A stretch of 61,394 nucleotides of DNA, counting the filler. It is 6 parts of 6 records of this genome, joined end to end, with 100 filler letters (N's around TTAATTAATTAA, not from the genome) between each part and the next. Parts side by side here need not be neighbours in the genome. Positions count along the whole stretch, not along the records: positions 28,950 to 37,079 come from SRR20825006_1204; positions 37,180 to 43,318 come from SRR20825006_1207; 4 more parts are not named here. One strand, written 5' to 3'. Shown here piece after piece: positions 29,417 to 38,629 of the stretch. The notes beneath the pieces are model-generated. The model ran no database searches. It had not been told where the DNA came from and worked only from the letters and a program-made list of their open reading frames with translations. Position 1 is the first letter of the stretch, and every line of letters starts with the position of its first letter. The position numbers and the translations under genes were made by a program.

Positions 29417-30376
29417 CTATTCCCTCCCGAATGACAATACCTTGTCCATTTCACGTGGAGAGACGGGGATACGGTCGGTCAGATCGACGTCGAAACGTAC
29501 ATTCTCGATGAGCGAGTCCGGAGCAACTTCAGGAACGGGGACGGTTGCGGCATCAAGAACGACTAATGACGTTCCATCGGGAAATACGCCCAGCTTAAAC
29601 GCGTTACGGTAGATATCACGCCCGCCCTTGACCAGACATTGCGCCAAAAACCGTGGGCGCAGATCATCATCGCGGATCTTACAGTACACCTCGTCCATAA
29701 GGTCTGCCGCCGTGCGGCCGGCATTGAGTTCCACAACAACAAGCGAGGCAACATAAACCTGGAACTCACCGCCGGGACGAAGTTGATCGAGCGTAAACCG
29801 GTGCTTCCGCCGGGACCGAAGCGTTGTTTTGGCTTCAAGTGCAAAGCCTTCGGTCACGTAGTCATACTTGGCGTTCTTGCTGAGGCACCAGCATCGGACA
29901 GCCGTATCGAGGTTGTGCGCGCGCGACAGGATATGGAGTTCACCCCACAGGCCGACTATATCCCCTTCTGACTCGACAATCTGCCTGAACAGGTCGGCCA
30001 ACTCCAGGATGCAGGCGGCAATCTCCTTATTGGTGTAGGGCGTCGTGCGGACCTGAAACGTCTCTTCGAGAAGCCGCAGCATCATCCGCGCAATATCGGG
30101 ATCGTTCTCATTCACGCGCACGATCGTGAAGATGCCTGACGTCGCCTGGCCATCGGCGGCTTCGATCCCGCAGTCCCGTGAAAAACGAACTGAGACGGAT
30201 CGTAACTCAATATCGCTCCGGGCCTCCTCCCGGCGCGACGCAAATAGCAAAAAAGGATAGGCATCACAGTCTACCGACAACCACACCGTATTATCAGCCG
30301 TTAAAGCCTGCCCGAACAACTGGTCGCAGTCGTCCGGGATGTCGCTTACCAGCTTTGCATAGGTTTCGAAGAGCAC
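29417..30376 (-). CDS. PD-(D/E)XK motif protein (DUF4420-like)
   Basis: GLWGEL..L, W, KYDY, LEAKTT..RKHRF...QL. GTG start 7 nt after the Z1 stop (ORF track extends it to 30403). Confidence 0.8.
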   Translation of the reverse strand: MLFETYAKLVSDIPDDCDQLFGQALTADNTVWLSVDCDAYPFLLFASRREEARSDIELRSVSVRFSRDCGIEAADGQATSGIFTIVRVNENDPDIARMMLRLLEETFQVRTTPYTNKEIAACILELADLFRQIVESEGDIVGLWGELHILSRAHNLDTAVRCWCLSKNAKYDYVTEGFALEAKTTLRSRRKHRFTLDQLRPGGEFQVYVASLVVVELNAGRTAADLMDEVYCKIRDDDLRPRFLAQCLVKGGRDIYRNAFKLGVFPDGTSLVVLDAATVPVPEVAPDSLIENVRFDVDLTDRIPVSPREMDKVLSFGRE

Positions 30377-30383
30377 GGTAGGT

Positions 30384-32585
30384 CTACCTTTCGACCCAGA
30401 CACGCTCCATCAGATGATCGGGAATATGAACGGCCAGTGTCGGAACGTCTCTGATCGTCCGTTTCTTGTCCGCAGTCTGGATGTCATAGCGATGGAGTTG
30501 GAACGTGATCGTTTCGTCGGATATCAGCGCCCTGGTACCAGGATAGTTGGTCTTGGCGTTTTTACCCTGAAACAGGTTCTTGATCTTCGGCGGAACTTTG
30601 TCGCTGAGCGTACGCACTGCATTGACACCTGACCACGGCCCCGACAGGGCATAGAAGCTGCACCGCATATCCGGCTCTTCGGTGGCCAGCCGTTCAAGCC
30701 CTAGCATAAGGGCGGAATGCTGCAAGTTGTCGTCGGGCCATTTGTAGCGAAACTGACCGATCTTCGTGAGCACATCCGCTAGCCTAATATCGTCACTGAA
30801 CGCCGGAACGATCTGCTTGTCGTTCCAACCCTCTTCGCTGTATCGCATGAAATCAAACTCGGCGATGATCTCGTCCACCACCTCACGATTGTCGGACACG
30901 ATCTCGGAATCCTCGAAGGGATGGTCGGGTGTGATCCAGCCGCCACGCGCTTTGGACTGGTACATTTCTAGCAGGATGACCGAGTTGCGCGTAGGCTTCA
31001 GACTTTGATCGAGGAAATATGTGCGCCGCCACGCTTTCAACGTTTTATCGTTCTCAAGGTGATGACGGATCGATCCGCGAATGGATTCCTCGTGTTTCAC
31101 ATAGTCGGTAAATGCATCGATATTCTCGGTTGTCAAATATATCCTACACAGACCGAGATAGCCCTTCTTGTATCCGAAGAACCGCGCACGTTGCTGGATA
31201 TTGTCGGCATTGCCGACGCCTGTAGAGCGTGGCATGTAGCTCACTGTCAGCCCTTCGACCGTGAAGCCCCGGTCAAGGCCGATCCCGCCAACTAGAATCC
31301 AGCTATACTCGCCCTTCCAGTCTATGCTCGGGATTCGGTTCTTTTCACGGGTGTTGAGTTCGACCACCGCCGTTTCCTCGATGGCGTCGAATAGCACGGA
31401 CAGTATGTCATCGAAGGTTAAGGAGGTTTCGTAGGTCTTGAAGAGTTCCTGCGCAGATGCCTCGAAAGCGACAACCAGGTCGCCGTAGTCCTCATGATCC
31501 TCATCCTGCAAGATGACCGACCAGTTCTCCTTGGTCTGCTTCACCCACCGTGCGAACATCAAATGTTCGTCCTTCGGAACAGCGGGATGAATTATCATGG
31601 AACGGTTGCGGCCCTGCTGGTCATCCTCTTCAAGCAAACCGATGGACACGCCGACAAAATAATCACGCAATGCGGCCAAGAGGCTCTTCGGCGGCTCGTG
31701 TGGCGGGTTGTTCTTGTCTGGAACGTCACCGAGCGGTATCGGCTCGATATACCGGCTTGCGCCCTCGACAAAGAACTCCTGCCCGCCGACATATTTACTG
31801 CCGGGCGTCAGTACGCGCCCGAAGTCGGGGGACAGCGTATCGATACGGCTGATCAGCAACGGAGCCTGCGGCGTAGCTGTGTAGAGCAAGTAGCTGTGAT
31901 GCGGAAACAACCGGCGGAGTTCGACAATCCTTGAGTATGTTGTGCTTTCTTCGTTTTGCTTGGCGCGGGTGTTTATCCCGGCCTGATCGCCTTCATCGTC
32001 GATGATCAGGGTCGGCACATCGGACAGATCGGAATCCGACAGCAGCGTTGCCAGATTGTCGAGATGCTGGTGCTGCTTCATGGAGACGATCAAGATCGTC
32101 CGTGCGCGGGGATTGCCCCGTCGCCAGCGGGCGAGTTCCATGTTTACACGGTCCAGTTCGCTCTGCTGGAAGCCCTTTTGCTGCGTCGAGAACAGCTTCC
32201 ACTCGCGCGTGCCTTCAATGTCCAGATCGTCTTTGAGACGGGAATGGGATTGCTCGACCAGATTGTTTGTTGTGCCCGCCAGAAAAATGACAAGGCGGTA
32301 CTGATTATCTCGCGCGAGTGCGGCCAGGCTGGTAAAAGATAGGGTTTTGCCGCTCTGGACATAGCCGATAACCAGGCCGGTATTGACCTCGCTCGCCTGC
32401 GATGGATCAACACACTCACTCAAGATCGAGGTTGTCTCTTCGACCAACCGTCTCTTTTCTCCATCGGATAAGGCATCGTTCGCGTTCAGCATATCGGTGA
32501 AGGCGCCGCCCTGTACCGGCCTCCATGTTTCTTCGCTTGCTGATGTGGTCGGCGCGACCCTGATAATGCTTTTCGTATCAGCCAT
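30384..32585 (-). CDS. Z1-domain SF2 helicase-like protein
   Basis: Walker A GYVQSGKT, IIDDEGD, YTATPQ, and Z1-type SMIIHP, ILVGG..LDRGFTVEGLTVSY, D.IQQRARFFGY. Confidence 0.88.
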   Translation of the reverse strand: MADTKSIIRVAPTTSASEETWRPVQGGAFTDMLNANDALSDGEKRRLVEETTSILSECVDPSQASEVNTGLVIGYVQSGKTLSFTSLAALARDNQYRLVIFLAGTTNNLVEQSHSRLKDDLDIEGTREWKLFSTQQKGFQQSELDRVNMELARWRRGNPRARTILIVSMKQHQHLDNLATLLSDSDLSDVPTLIIDDEGDQAGINTRAKQNEESTTYSRIVELRRLFPHHSYLLYTATPQAPLLISRIDTLSPDFGRVLTPGSKYVGGQEFFVEGASRYIEPIPLGDVPDKNNPPHEPPKSLLAALRDYFVGVSIGLLEEDDQQGRNRSMIIHPAVPKDEHLMFARWVKQTKENWSVILQDEDHEDYGDLVVAFEASAQELFKTYETSLTFDDILSVLFDAIEETAVVELNTREKNRIPSIDWKGEYSWILVGGIGLDRGFTVEGLTVSYMPRSTGVGNADNIQQRARFFGYKKGYLGLCRIYLTTENIDAFTDYVKHEESIRGSIRHHLENDKTLKAWRRTYFLDQSLKPTRNSVILLEMYQSKARGGWITPDHPFEDSEIVSDNREVVDEIIAEFDFMRYSEEGWNDKQIVPAFSDDIRLADVLTKIGQFRYKWPDDNLQHSALMLGLERLATEEPDMRCSFYALSGPWSGVNAVRTLSDKVPPKIKNLFQGKNAKTNYPGTRALISDETITFQLHRYDIQTADKKRTIRDVPTLAVHIPDHLMERVWVER

Positions 32586-34155
32586 TCATTAATCTCTTCG
32601 ACATCTGGTTTTTCAAAATTTCATTAGTGTAACGGCGGACGGCAGCCGGATTCTTGTCGGCCAATTCACCGGCCACGACCTCGGCGAGCGCCATTGCGGC
32701 GGCGATGTTAAGAATGGCTGTAAAGCTTTCCGAATCCATCGTCGGAAACTGCGCCATGAAAGGGTGCAACATTGCCACGCGCACTGTCACCTGGCGCGGT
32801 TCGGGATCAGTGATCGAGGGGCGATCACGGATGGTAAGCCACTCGGCGGTATCTTCGGCATAGGACAACTCGATGGCAACCCCCCATATCTCGCTGCGAA
32901 AACGCAGCCTGAACTCGGCCTGTTCCATATCAGCACTATCTAGGTCGGGAAGCGTTTCGTTATGCGGCTCTGATCTGTCGTCCACCCCAGATAGCGCCGC
33001 AGGATTCGCGCCGCCTGTATTCTCGTTCGCGGCTAAGGTCGCGTCCTGAAGGCTGGATACGGTCGTGTTCAGCGCGGCGGCGGCATCTTTGCGCGTGGCC
33101 TTTGCGCTGGTCTTAGTGCGGTGTTCCCGTGCCTGCTGCAATAGCGGGTATCTTTCTTCAGAAACACTTTTGCGCAACTTGCGCAGAAACTCATCCTCAC
33201 TCTCTTCCCACTTGATCCCGTCCTTGGTGTGGGAAACGAAGAACCCTTTCAGATGAATTTCTCCGAATATCCGCTGGTAGGGATAGGTGTTCGAGCGTCC
33301 AAAAATATCCTCCGGCCGATACGCTTCATCGGCGCTGCCCATGATCAGTCGTTTGCGCCGAAAAAGAGCAAGACCAGCAAGCCTTGTACTGGCCGTCTCG
33401 CGGATCGCCACAAAACCCGACGCTGACTTGCCGTCACCAAGATCAAAGTTTATCGGCAACTTCCATTCTACCGGTTCTCCATCGGGCTCGCGGTAACTGG
33501 GCGCGGTCAGGATAGTCGGACTCTCATAGCTCAACTCCTGGCCATCGACGTAAAGAGCAAGCGACCCTTCGCGGATAAAGACCCGGTAGATGCTGGACAG
33601 GTGCTCTTTGATCTTCTGGATGGTCTTGCCGCGCGGAAAACGGCGAATGTTTTCAAGACGGATCTCAGTGTAATGCTTGTCTTCGGACACCTTCCATGAC
33701 AACACGTTCAACTCTTCTGTGCTGTCATGGACGATCTCGTCGATATCGAAGATGACGGTGCGCTCGTCGTTGTCACCAAGCGCGCTGGACCGTACGCTCC
33801 AATTCGGAGCGAACCAACAGGCCGCGCTCTTCATCCCCATACCGAACTCCGACAGGCCAGATGCATCGAGCGGAACTTCTGCCGGACGAAACGCTCGTTG
33901 GTAATCACCTGAAGCGATCCCGGCGGCGTTATCCTTGATCGTGATTAGGTTTCCGGGCTCATCGAAATCAATCTCGACACGCAGCATATAGTTACCACCA
34001 TCAGCAGCCTGGAGCGCCTTTTTGTTGTCTATGCTGCTCTGGAGCGAGTTATCGACAAACTCGGCCAAGGCAAACCATGCCTTATAATTCAGGTGAGGAA
34101 GGACGGATAGAACATTGACACCGGGACGGATATTTACTGAGTTAATCTGCGCCAT
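32578..34155 (-). CDS. GHKL (MORC/MutL-like) ATPase
   Basis: N-box LAEFVDNS, G1 IKDNAAGI, G2 GLSEFGMGMKSA, followed by an S5-like region. Confidence 0.85.
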   Translation of the reverse strand: MAQINSVNIRPGVNVLSVLPHLNYKAWFALAEFVDNSLQSSIDNKKALQAADGGNYMLRVEIDFDEPGNLITIKDNAAGIASGDYQRAFRPAEVPLDASGLSEFGMGMKSAACWFAPNWSVRSSALGDNDERTVIFDIDEIVHDSTEELNVLSWKVSEDKHYTEIRLENIRRFPRGKTIQKIKEHLSSIYRVFIREGSLALYVDGQELSYESPTILTAPSYREPDGEPVEWKLPINFDLGDGKSASGFVAIRETASTRLAGLALFRRKRLIMGSADEAYRPEDIFGRSNTYPYQRIFGEIHLKGFFVSHTKDGIKWEESEDEFLRKLRKSVSEERYPLLQQAREHRTKTSAKATRKDAAAALNTTVSSLQDATLAANENTGGANPAALSGVDDRSEPHNETLPDLDSADMEQAEFRLRFRSEIWGVAIELSYAEDTAEWLTIRDRPSITDPEPRQVTVRVAMLHPFMAQFPTMDSESFTAILNIAAAMALAEVVAGELADKNPAAVRRYTNEILKNQMSKRLMNG

Positions 34156-35456
34156 TATTCCGCTGCGACCGCTATGGTTTTGGTCTCTTCAAGAGATGGT
34201 CGAGTAATCAGGGCATCGTAGATGTGTAGGACCACATCAACATTCACCGCATTGCCAAACGCCTTGTAGGCGCCGTTCTTCGAGTCAGGAAGATGCTCAA
34301 GACCTCCCATGCTCTGCAAACGACTGCATTCGCGGGGTGTCATGTAGCGCTGTTTCCAAGCGATAATCGGTACTTGGCTTGTCGTCATGGCAATCAGCGA
34401 CGGCGCTGTGTCGCTCTTTTTGACGCGGATACCGCTGGCCCGAAATTGCAGTAGATGCTCCCAGATATTCCGCTCGCTACCCTTGCAGTTCCATTCCAAT
34501 TTCTGGAAGCTTGGCGGAAAGTCCCTGATCTTGTGAATCCAGCCATTGATCAACGCCTTGTGCCGGGCATAGAAGTCACGGTTCTTCTGAATGAAATCGA
34601 TCTTCCAGTCCGGGAAAGTATCGAGTTCCGTAAGCGCATAACCCGGAAGTGCGTCTTTGACCGCTTCGGTAGATAGATCCTTGAGGGGCTGACCGAATGC
34701 GCCCTGATATTTTCCCAGAGCCTTGTACTCGCGCTTGTAGGGTGTGGCTCCGTCAAGCGGGTAGTCCGCGCCGAACTCCATTGCCCAAATCGGAAAAGAC
34801 GGAAGTTCCTCTTCCTTCGGGAAGGCGGCGATAAATTCCTGCCAAGTCTCAAGGTATTTGATGTGATTCTCGTTAAGAGCGTGCGCATCGACGGGATCGT
34901 CATCAAGAATTGACCGGATGGAGATTTCCGGCAGGGCCTCCGGCATCTGCCAGTCAAACCCGTCCAAGCCTTTCCGATCCCCGACAATGAAGGCGCGTTC
35001 ACGCTTTTGCGGAATTCCGAACATATGCGGAGACAGCTTGGCGAAGTCGATATCGTAGTCTTCGCGGAGTTGGGAGCATATCTTCTCCCACGTTTCGCCG
35101 CCATTGTGCTTGATCAGGTTAGGCACGTTCTCGATGATAAAATAGCGCGGTTGCTTAAGCTTGAGGATTTCGACTACATAATCAAACAGGTTGCCCCATT
35201 GCGGGCACTCCAATCCTTTTTGCTCGCCGGCCTTTGAGAACGGTTGGCAGGGAAACCCAGCACACAGGATATCATGATCCGGGATGGACGCAAGATCGAC
35301 GGCACGAATATCGCCGTGCGGCTCAATCCCGAAATTCTTTTCGTACAGTTTCGACAGGTGTGTATTGAGTTCGGATGCGAAGACACATTCTGCCCCACGC
35401 TGTGATAGCGCCTGGTGAAAACCGCCCAATCCTGCAAAAAGATCGATAAATTTCAT
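34155..35456 (-). CDS. dcm: DNA (cytosine-5)-methyltransferase with a long variable region
   Basis: Motif I DLFAGLGG, IV GFPCQPFS, VI ENV, VIII PQKRER, IX RYMTPRECSRLQ, X FGNAV. Confidence 0.93.
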   Translation of the reverse strand: MKFIDLFAGLGGFHQALSQRGAECVFASELNTHLSKLYEKNFGIEPHGDIRAVDLASIPDHDILCAGFPCQPFSKAGEQKGLECPQWGNLFDYVVEILKLKQPRYFIIENVPNLIKHNGGETWEKICSQLREDYDIDFAKLSPHMFGIPQKRERAFIVGDRKGLDGFDWQMPEALPEISIRSILDDDPVDAHALNENHIKYLETWQEFIAAFPKEEELPSFPIWAMEFGADYPLDGATPYKREYKALGKYQGAFGQPLKDLSTEAVKDALPGYALTELDTFPDWKIDFIQKNRDFYARHKALINGWIHKIRDFPPSFQKLEWNCKGSERNIWEHLLQFRASGIRVKKSDTAPSLIAMTTSQVPIIAWKQRYMTPRECSRLQSMGGLEHLPDSKNGAYKAFGNAVNVDVVLHIYDALITRPSLEETKTIAVAAE

Positions 35457-35675
35457 ATACTTGTACTGTCCAGCGCTTTTTCCTTCCAGACTACACGCAT
35501 ATGATCGCCTTCGCAACACAGGATGCAGTCGCACTGCATCATATTGGTGGATTGCAAGCCATCAACACCAGATTATTTAGCCGTTCGCTATGATTCTGAG
35601 CTTGTTGCAATCATGCAGGACGCGGTGCGTCAACCATGTGCGCAATCCGAAGCCAAAGGTTCTCGTGATGGACCT

Positions 35676-36105
35676 TCAGGAACGTGGCAGGTGCAGGAGC
35701 ATTGTGAACCGCGTCGTGCGTTCCACCAGCGTGCCGATTGCCGAGCTGCCAAGACCGAGAATGAGGCCGCCCTCCCAATGGCCAGGCACTGCTCTTTCGC
35801 CGATCTCGGACGGACGTTCGCTGATCACCAACGCATCCGTCAGAAAAAAAATACCGCGGTTACGAACACGTTCTCGGGGCAAACGCAGCGCCCGGCCGGA
35901 GCGGATACAAGCCGCGAACTCTCGTCTCAAGGCACCTCGGCCCTGAATGTAGAGCGCCTGATAGATAGCTTCGTGGCTGATCCGCATGGTCATGTCCTCT
36001 GGGAAGCCCAACTTCAGACGCCTCGCAATCTGTTCCAGGCTCCAAGCCTTAGACCAGCGTCGACTTTGCCGATGAACGGCCCGCCGTCCTTTCCACCCAT
36101 TATTT
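35676..36105 (-). pseudogene. IS30-family transposase internal fragment
   Basis: WKGRR...WSLEQIARRL..FPEDMTMRISHEAIYQALY...ISERP...RAVPGHWEGG...IGTLVERTTR. The catalytic WEGD is WEGG, there is an early stop, and both ends are missing. Confidence 0.85.
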
Positions 36106-36125
36106 TTCCGGGGGAACTACCAACT

Positions 36126-36620
36126 CTACCTATACCTTTTTGCCCTGGACAGGATCTCGCCTACCACGGCCTTAAGCGCCATGTTTGCATTGATCTTGAT
36201 CCCATCCGGGATATCTTCCTGTGTCTCGTGAAGGCGTAAGATGAGTTTTCTCTCTTCCGGGCATGAACCGAACTCATTCTCGGGCCTCTGGTCAAGTCGT
36301 TGACTCAACGTGTCGCGGTCAATATCCAAAATGAAAACCCCGTCGAACAGGTGCAGGAATTGCCGAAAATTCCGGGATCCGCCACAAAAGAAAGTTAAAG
36401 CTTGGCGGTGATCTTCTACATAGGCTCTGACCTTGCTGATATCCCATATGTGGTGTTCGTGACATGAACCATCCAGCGGCTGCCCGGTTTCAGGGTCCCC
36501 TTGATAGGCCAGCTCTCGGTCACCGTGAATCGCCTGATAGCCACGACGTTCAAGTTCCGTCGCTACTGAGGTTTTGCCACTGCACGATACACCTTCGATT
36601 AGATAGTTTCTTTGTCCCAT
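36126..36620 (-). CDS. small P-loop kinase (nucleoside/nucleotide kinase-like)
   Basis: LIEGVSCSGKTSV Walker A, FFCGG and lid-like LSQRLDQR. RBS AAGGGG. Confidence 0.75.
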   Translation of the reverse strand: MGQRNYLIEGVSCSGKTSVATELERRGYQAIHGDRELAYQGDPETGQPLDGSCHEHHIWDISKVRAYVEDHRQALTFFCGGSRNFRQFLHLFDGVFILDIDRDTLSQRLDQRPENEFGSCPEERKLILRLHETQEDIPDGIKINANMALKAVVGEILSRAKRYR

Positions 36621-37048
36621 TTGTTGCCCCTTCTTGAGATGGATAGTCGATGACAGGTTACTTCGCACATGGAGTTAAACCGCATTGGGTGAAGGCGACA
36701 ATATTGAACTTCGATGTCGACAAAGCGCAGGCAATTGACGCAAGCGTCTGCGTTCATCGGCAAGACACCTTCTTAGGTAGAGCCAGTCGGCTTCCCTAAC
36801 CAGGTATCCGGAACCTCAGGTTGCTGCCAATCTGGTGAATGTGGTTTGACGAGTGTCCGCCGCTCTTCTTTTATGTTCGCGACAAGTTCCATTTCATGAG
36901 TCGCTCAGGCAGATTGAACTAGCTGCGAAATTTTCTTGAAGGTGCTGAACCTTCGAAGATCCGGTTACGGTTACCACATGATCCTGTGACAAATGCCACG
37001 CGAGGGTCGCAACATGCGGTGAGCAGCCCCGCTGTTCGGCAATCTCAA

Positions 37049-37079
37049 CTAGGGTCTGTGGGGATTCACAAATCAGCGC
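37049..37079. mobile_element. probable IS5-family terminal inverted repeat at the contig end
   Basis: CTAGGGTCTGTGGGGATTCAC resembles, from memory, alphaproteobacterial IS5-family ends with a CTAG/TA target. It coincides with the assembly break. Confidence 0.4.
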
Positions 37080-37179
37080 NNNNNNNNNNNNNNNNNNNNN
37101 NNNNNNNNNNNNNNNNNNNNNNNTTAATTAATTAANNNNNNNNNNNNNNNNNNNNNNNNNNNNNNNNNNNNNNNNNNNN
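37080..37179. other. artificial contig spacer
   Basis: N44-TTAATTAATTAA-N44. Confidence 0.97.
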
Positions 37180-37326
37180 AAACAGCGCCACGCCATAAAA
37201 CCGTTCAAGGTTCTTGATGGCAGAACTGACCGCCGACGGGGTCAGGCCAATCGCCTCGGCCGCGCGGGTCAGATGTTCGCGTTCGGCAACCGCGACAAAG
37301 ATTTGCAATTGTTCAAGCGTCATCAT
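37180..37326 (-). CDS. LysR family regulator, N-terminal HTH fragment
   Basis: MTLEQLQIFVAVAEREHLTRAAEAIGLTPSAVSSAIKNLE, divergent from YeiH. Confidence 0.88.
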
Positions 37327-37339
37327 GGCAAAGGCTCAA

Positions 37340-37360
37340 TCATTCAATTGAATCGAATGA
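37340..37360. promoter_or_regulatory. LysR-box candidate
   Basis: TCATTC-AATTGAATC-GAATGA inverted repeat containing T-N11-A, between the divergent genes. Confidence 0.5.
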
Positions 37361-37436
37361 AATATGAGTTTTTATTCGATGGAAGTAAATAGTCACGCAT
37401 GAGATTTTCGGGTTGTTGTCAAAACACAGGAAAATC

Positions 37437-38444
37437 ATGTTTTTTAACGCACGCATCAAACCGATCTTGCCGGGGCTTGCGGTTACGCTTCTGGTGGCCC
37501 TTGCCGCCAAGCTGGCCGAGCAGGCCGAACAGATGCTGTTTGGCCGGGGCTGGGTTGAAAGTCTGGTCTTTGCCATCCTGATCGGGGTGGTGGTGCGATC
37601 CGTGTTTGGTCTGGCCCCACGTTACTGTGCTGGTGTGCGGTTTTGTGGCAAGACGGTACTGGAAATCGCGATTGTGTTGCTGGGCGGGACGATCAGTGCG
37701 CAGGCGATTGGCAGTGCGGGTGGTGGTCTGATTGTCGCGATCATTGCCGTGGTCTGTGCCAGCCTGTTTGTCAGCTATCACATTGGCCGCGCCCTTGGCC
37801 TTTCCGAACATCTTTCGATGCTGGTGGCGTGTGGCAATTCGATCTGCGGCAATTCGGCAATTGCGGCAACCGCCCCGGTGATTGATGCGCAGTCTGATGA
37901 TGTTGCGGCATCGATCTCCTTTACCGCTGTTTTGGGCGTGTTGTTTGTCTTTGTCCTGCCGATGCTTCATGCCGGTCTTGGCTTGTCCGCCACCCAATAT
38001 GGTATTTTTTCCGGGCTAACGGTCTATGCCGTGCCGCAAGTCCTGGCCGCAACAGCGCCAGCAGGCGCACTTGCCGTGCAAGTCGGAACCTTGGTCAAGT
38101 TGATCCGGGTTTTGATGTTGGGACCGGTGATCTTTACCCTTGCCCTGATGGGCGGACGGGCGCGTGAAACCAGACTTCCCGTCGCACAGGTCGTGCCCTG
38201 GTTCATCATCGGATTTATCGCCATGATGGCAGCCCGATCATTTGGACTGTTGCCGGAATTCGCACTTGGTGGGATGAAAACAGTTTCGGCGTTCCTGACC
38301 ATTCTGGCGATGGCCGCCCTTGGCCTAAGCGTTGATATCCGCAATGTCATGCATGTTGGCGGGCGGGTTGTGGTGGCGGCCCTGTTATCATTGATATTCC
38401 TATGCGTGCTGAGCGGTGTGGTTCTGGTGGTTCTTGGGGCCTGA
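37437..38444 (+). CDS. YeiH/UPF0324 putative sulfate exporter family membrane protein
   Basis: ACGNSICGNSAIAATAP, GLTVYAVPQV, KLIRV and PWFIIGF. Confidence 0.88.
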   Translation: MFFNARIKPILPGLAVTLLVALAAKLAEQAEQMLFGRGWVESLVFAILIGVVVRSVFGLAPRYCAGVRFCGKTVLEIAIVLLGGTISAQAIGSAGGGLIVAIIAVVCASLFVSYHIGRALGLSEHLSMLVACGNSICGNSAIAATAPVIDAQSDDVAASISFTAVLGVLFVFVLPMLHAGLGLSATQYGIFSGLTVYAVPQVLAATAPAGALAVQVGTLVKLIRVLMLGPVIFTLALMGGRARETRLPVAQVVPWFIIGFIAMMAARSFGLLPEFALGGMKTVSAFLTILAMAALGLSVDIRNVMHVGGRVVVAALLSLIFLCVLSGVVLVVLGA

Positions 38445-38461
38445 TCGCGCGGCACACGCTT

Positions 38462-38600
38462 AAAAAAGCCCGCTGCCACATCGGGGGGGAGGACAGCGGG
38501 CAAGGAAGAAGAGGCTGCGCAAAATGGACATGCCAGCAGCGTCTTCTGGGGTTTCGGTTCGTGTGAGATCATGGGAGGAGGTCACACGCCGCGAAACGCC
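38462..38600 (-). ncRNA. cuckoo-type (CCUCCUCCC-loop; alpha-r14/CcsR-like) small RNA candidate
   Basis: Three consecutive hairpins: CGTGTGA-CCTCCTCCC..-TCACACG, then AGAAGACGCTGC..GCAGCCTCTTCT, then GCCCGCTG-TCCTCCCCCCC..-CAGCGGGC followed by TTTTTT. Confidence 0.7.
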
Positions 38601-38629
38601 ACGGGTAGGCAATATCTTCGTTCAGTGTC

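Noticed and set aside
35523-36239. 238-aa + strand ORF beside the MTase
   Set aside because: It is the antisense reading of the IS30 remnant, not a Vsr or controller protein.
36621-37048. About 430 bp without a convincing ORF
   Set aside because: I could not recognise a motif, repeat or RNA structure. It may be decayed DNA.
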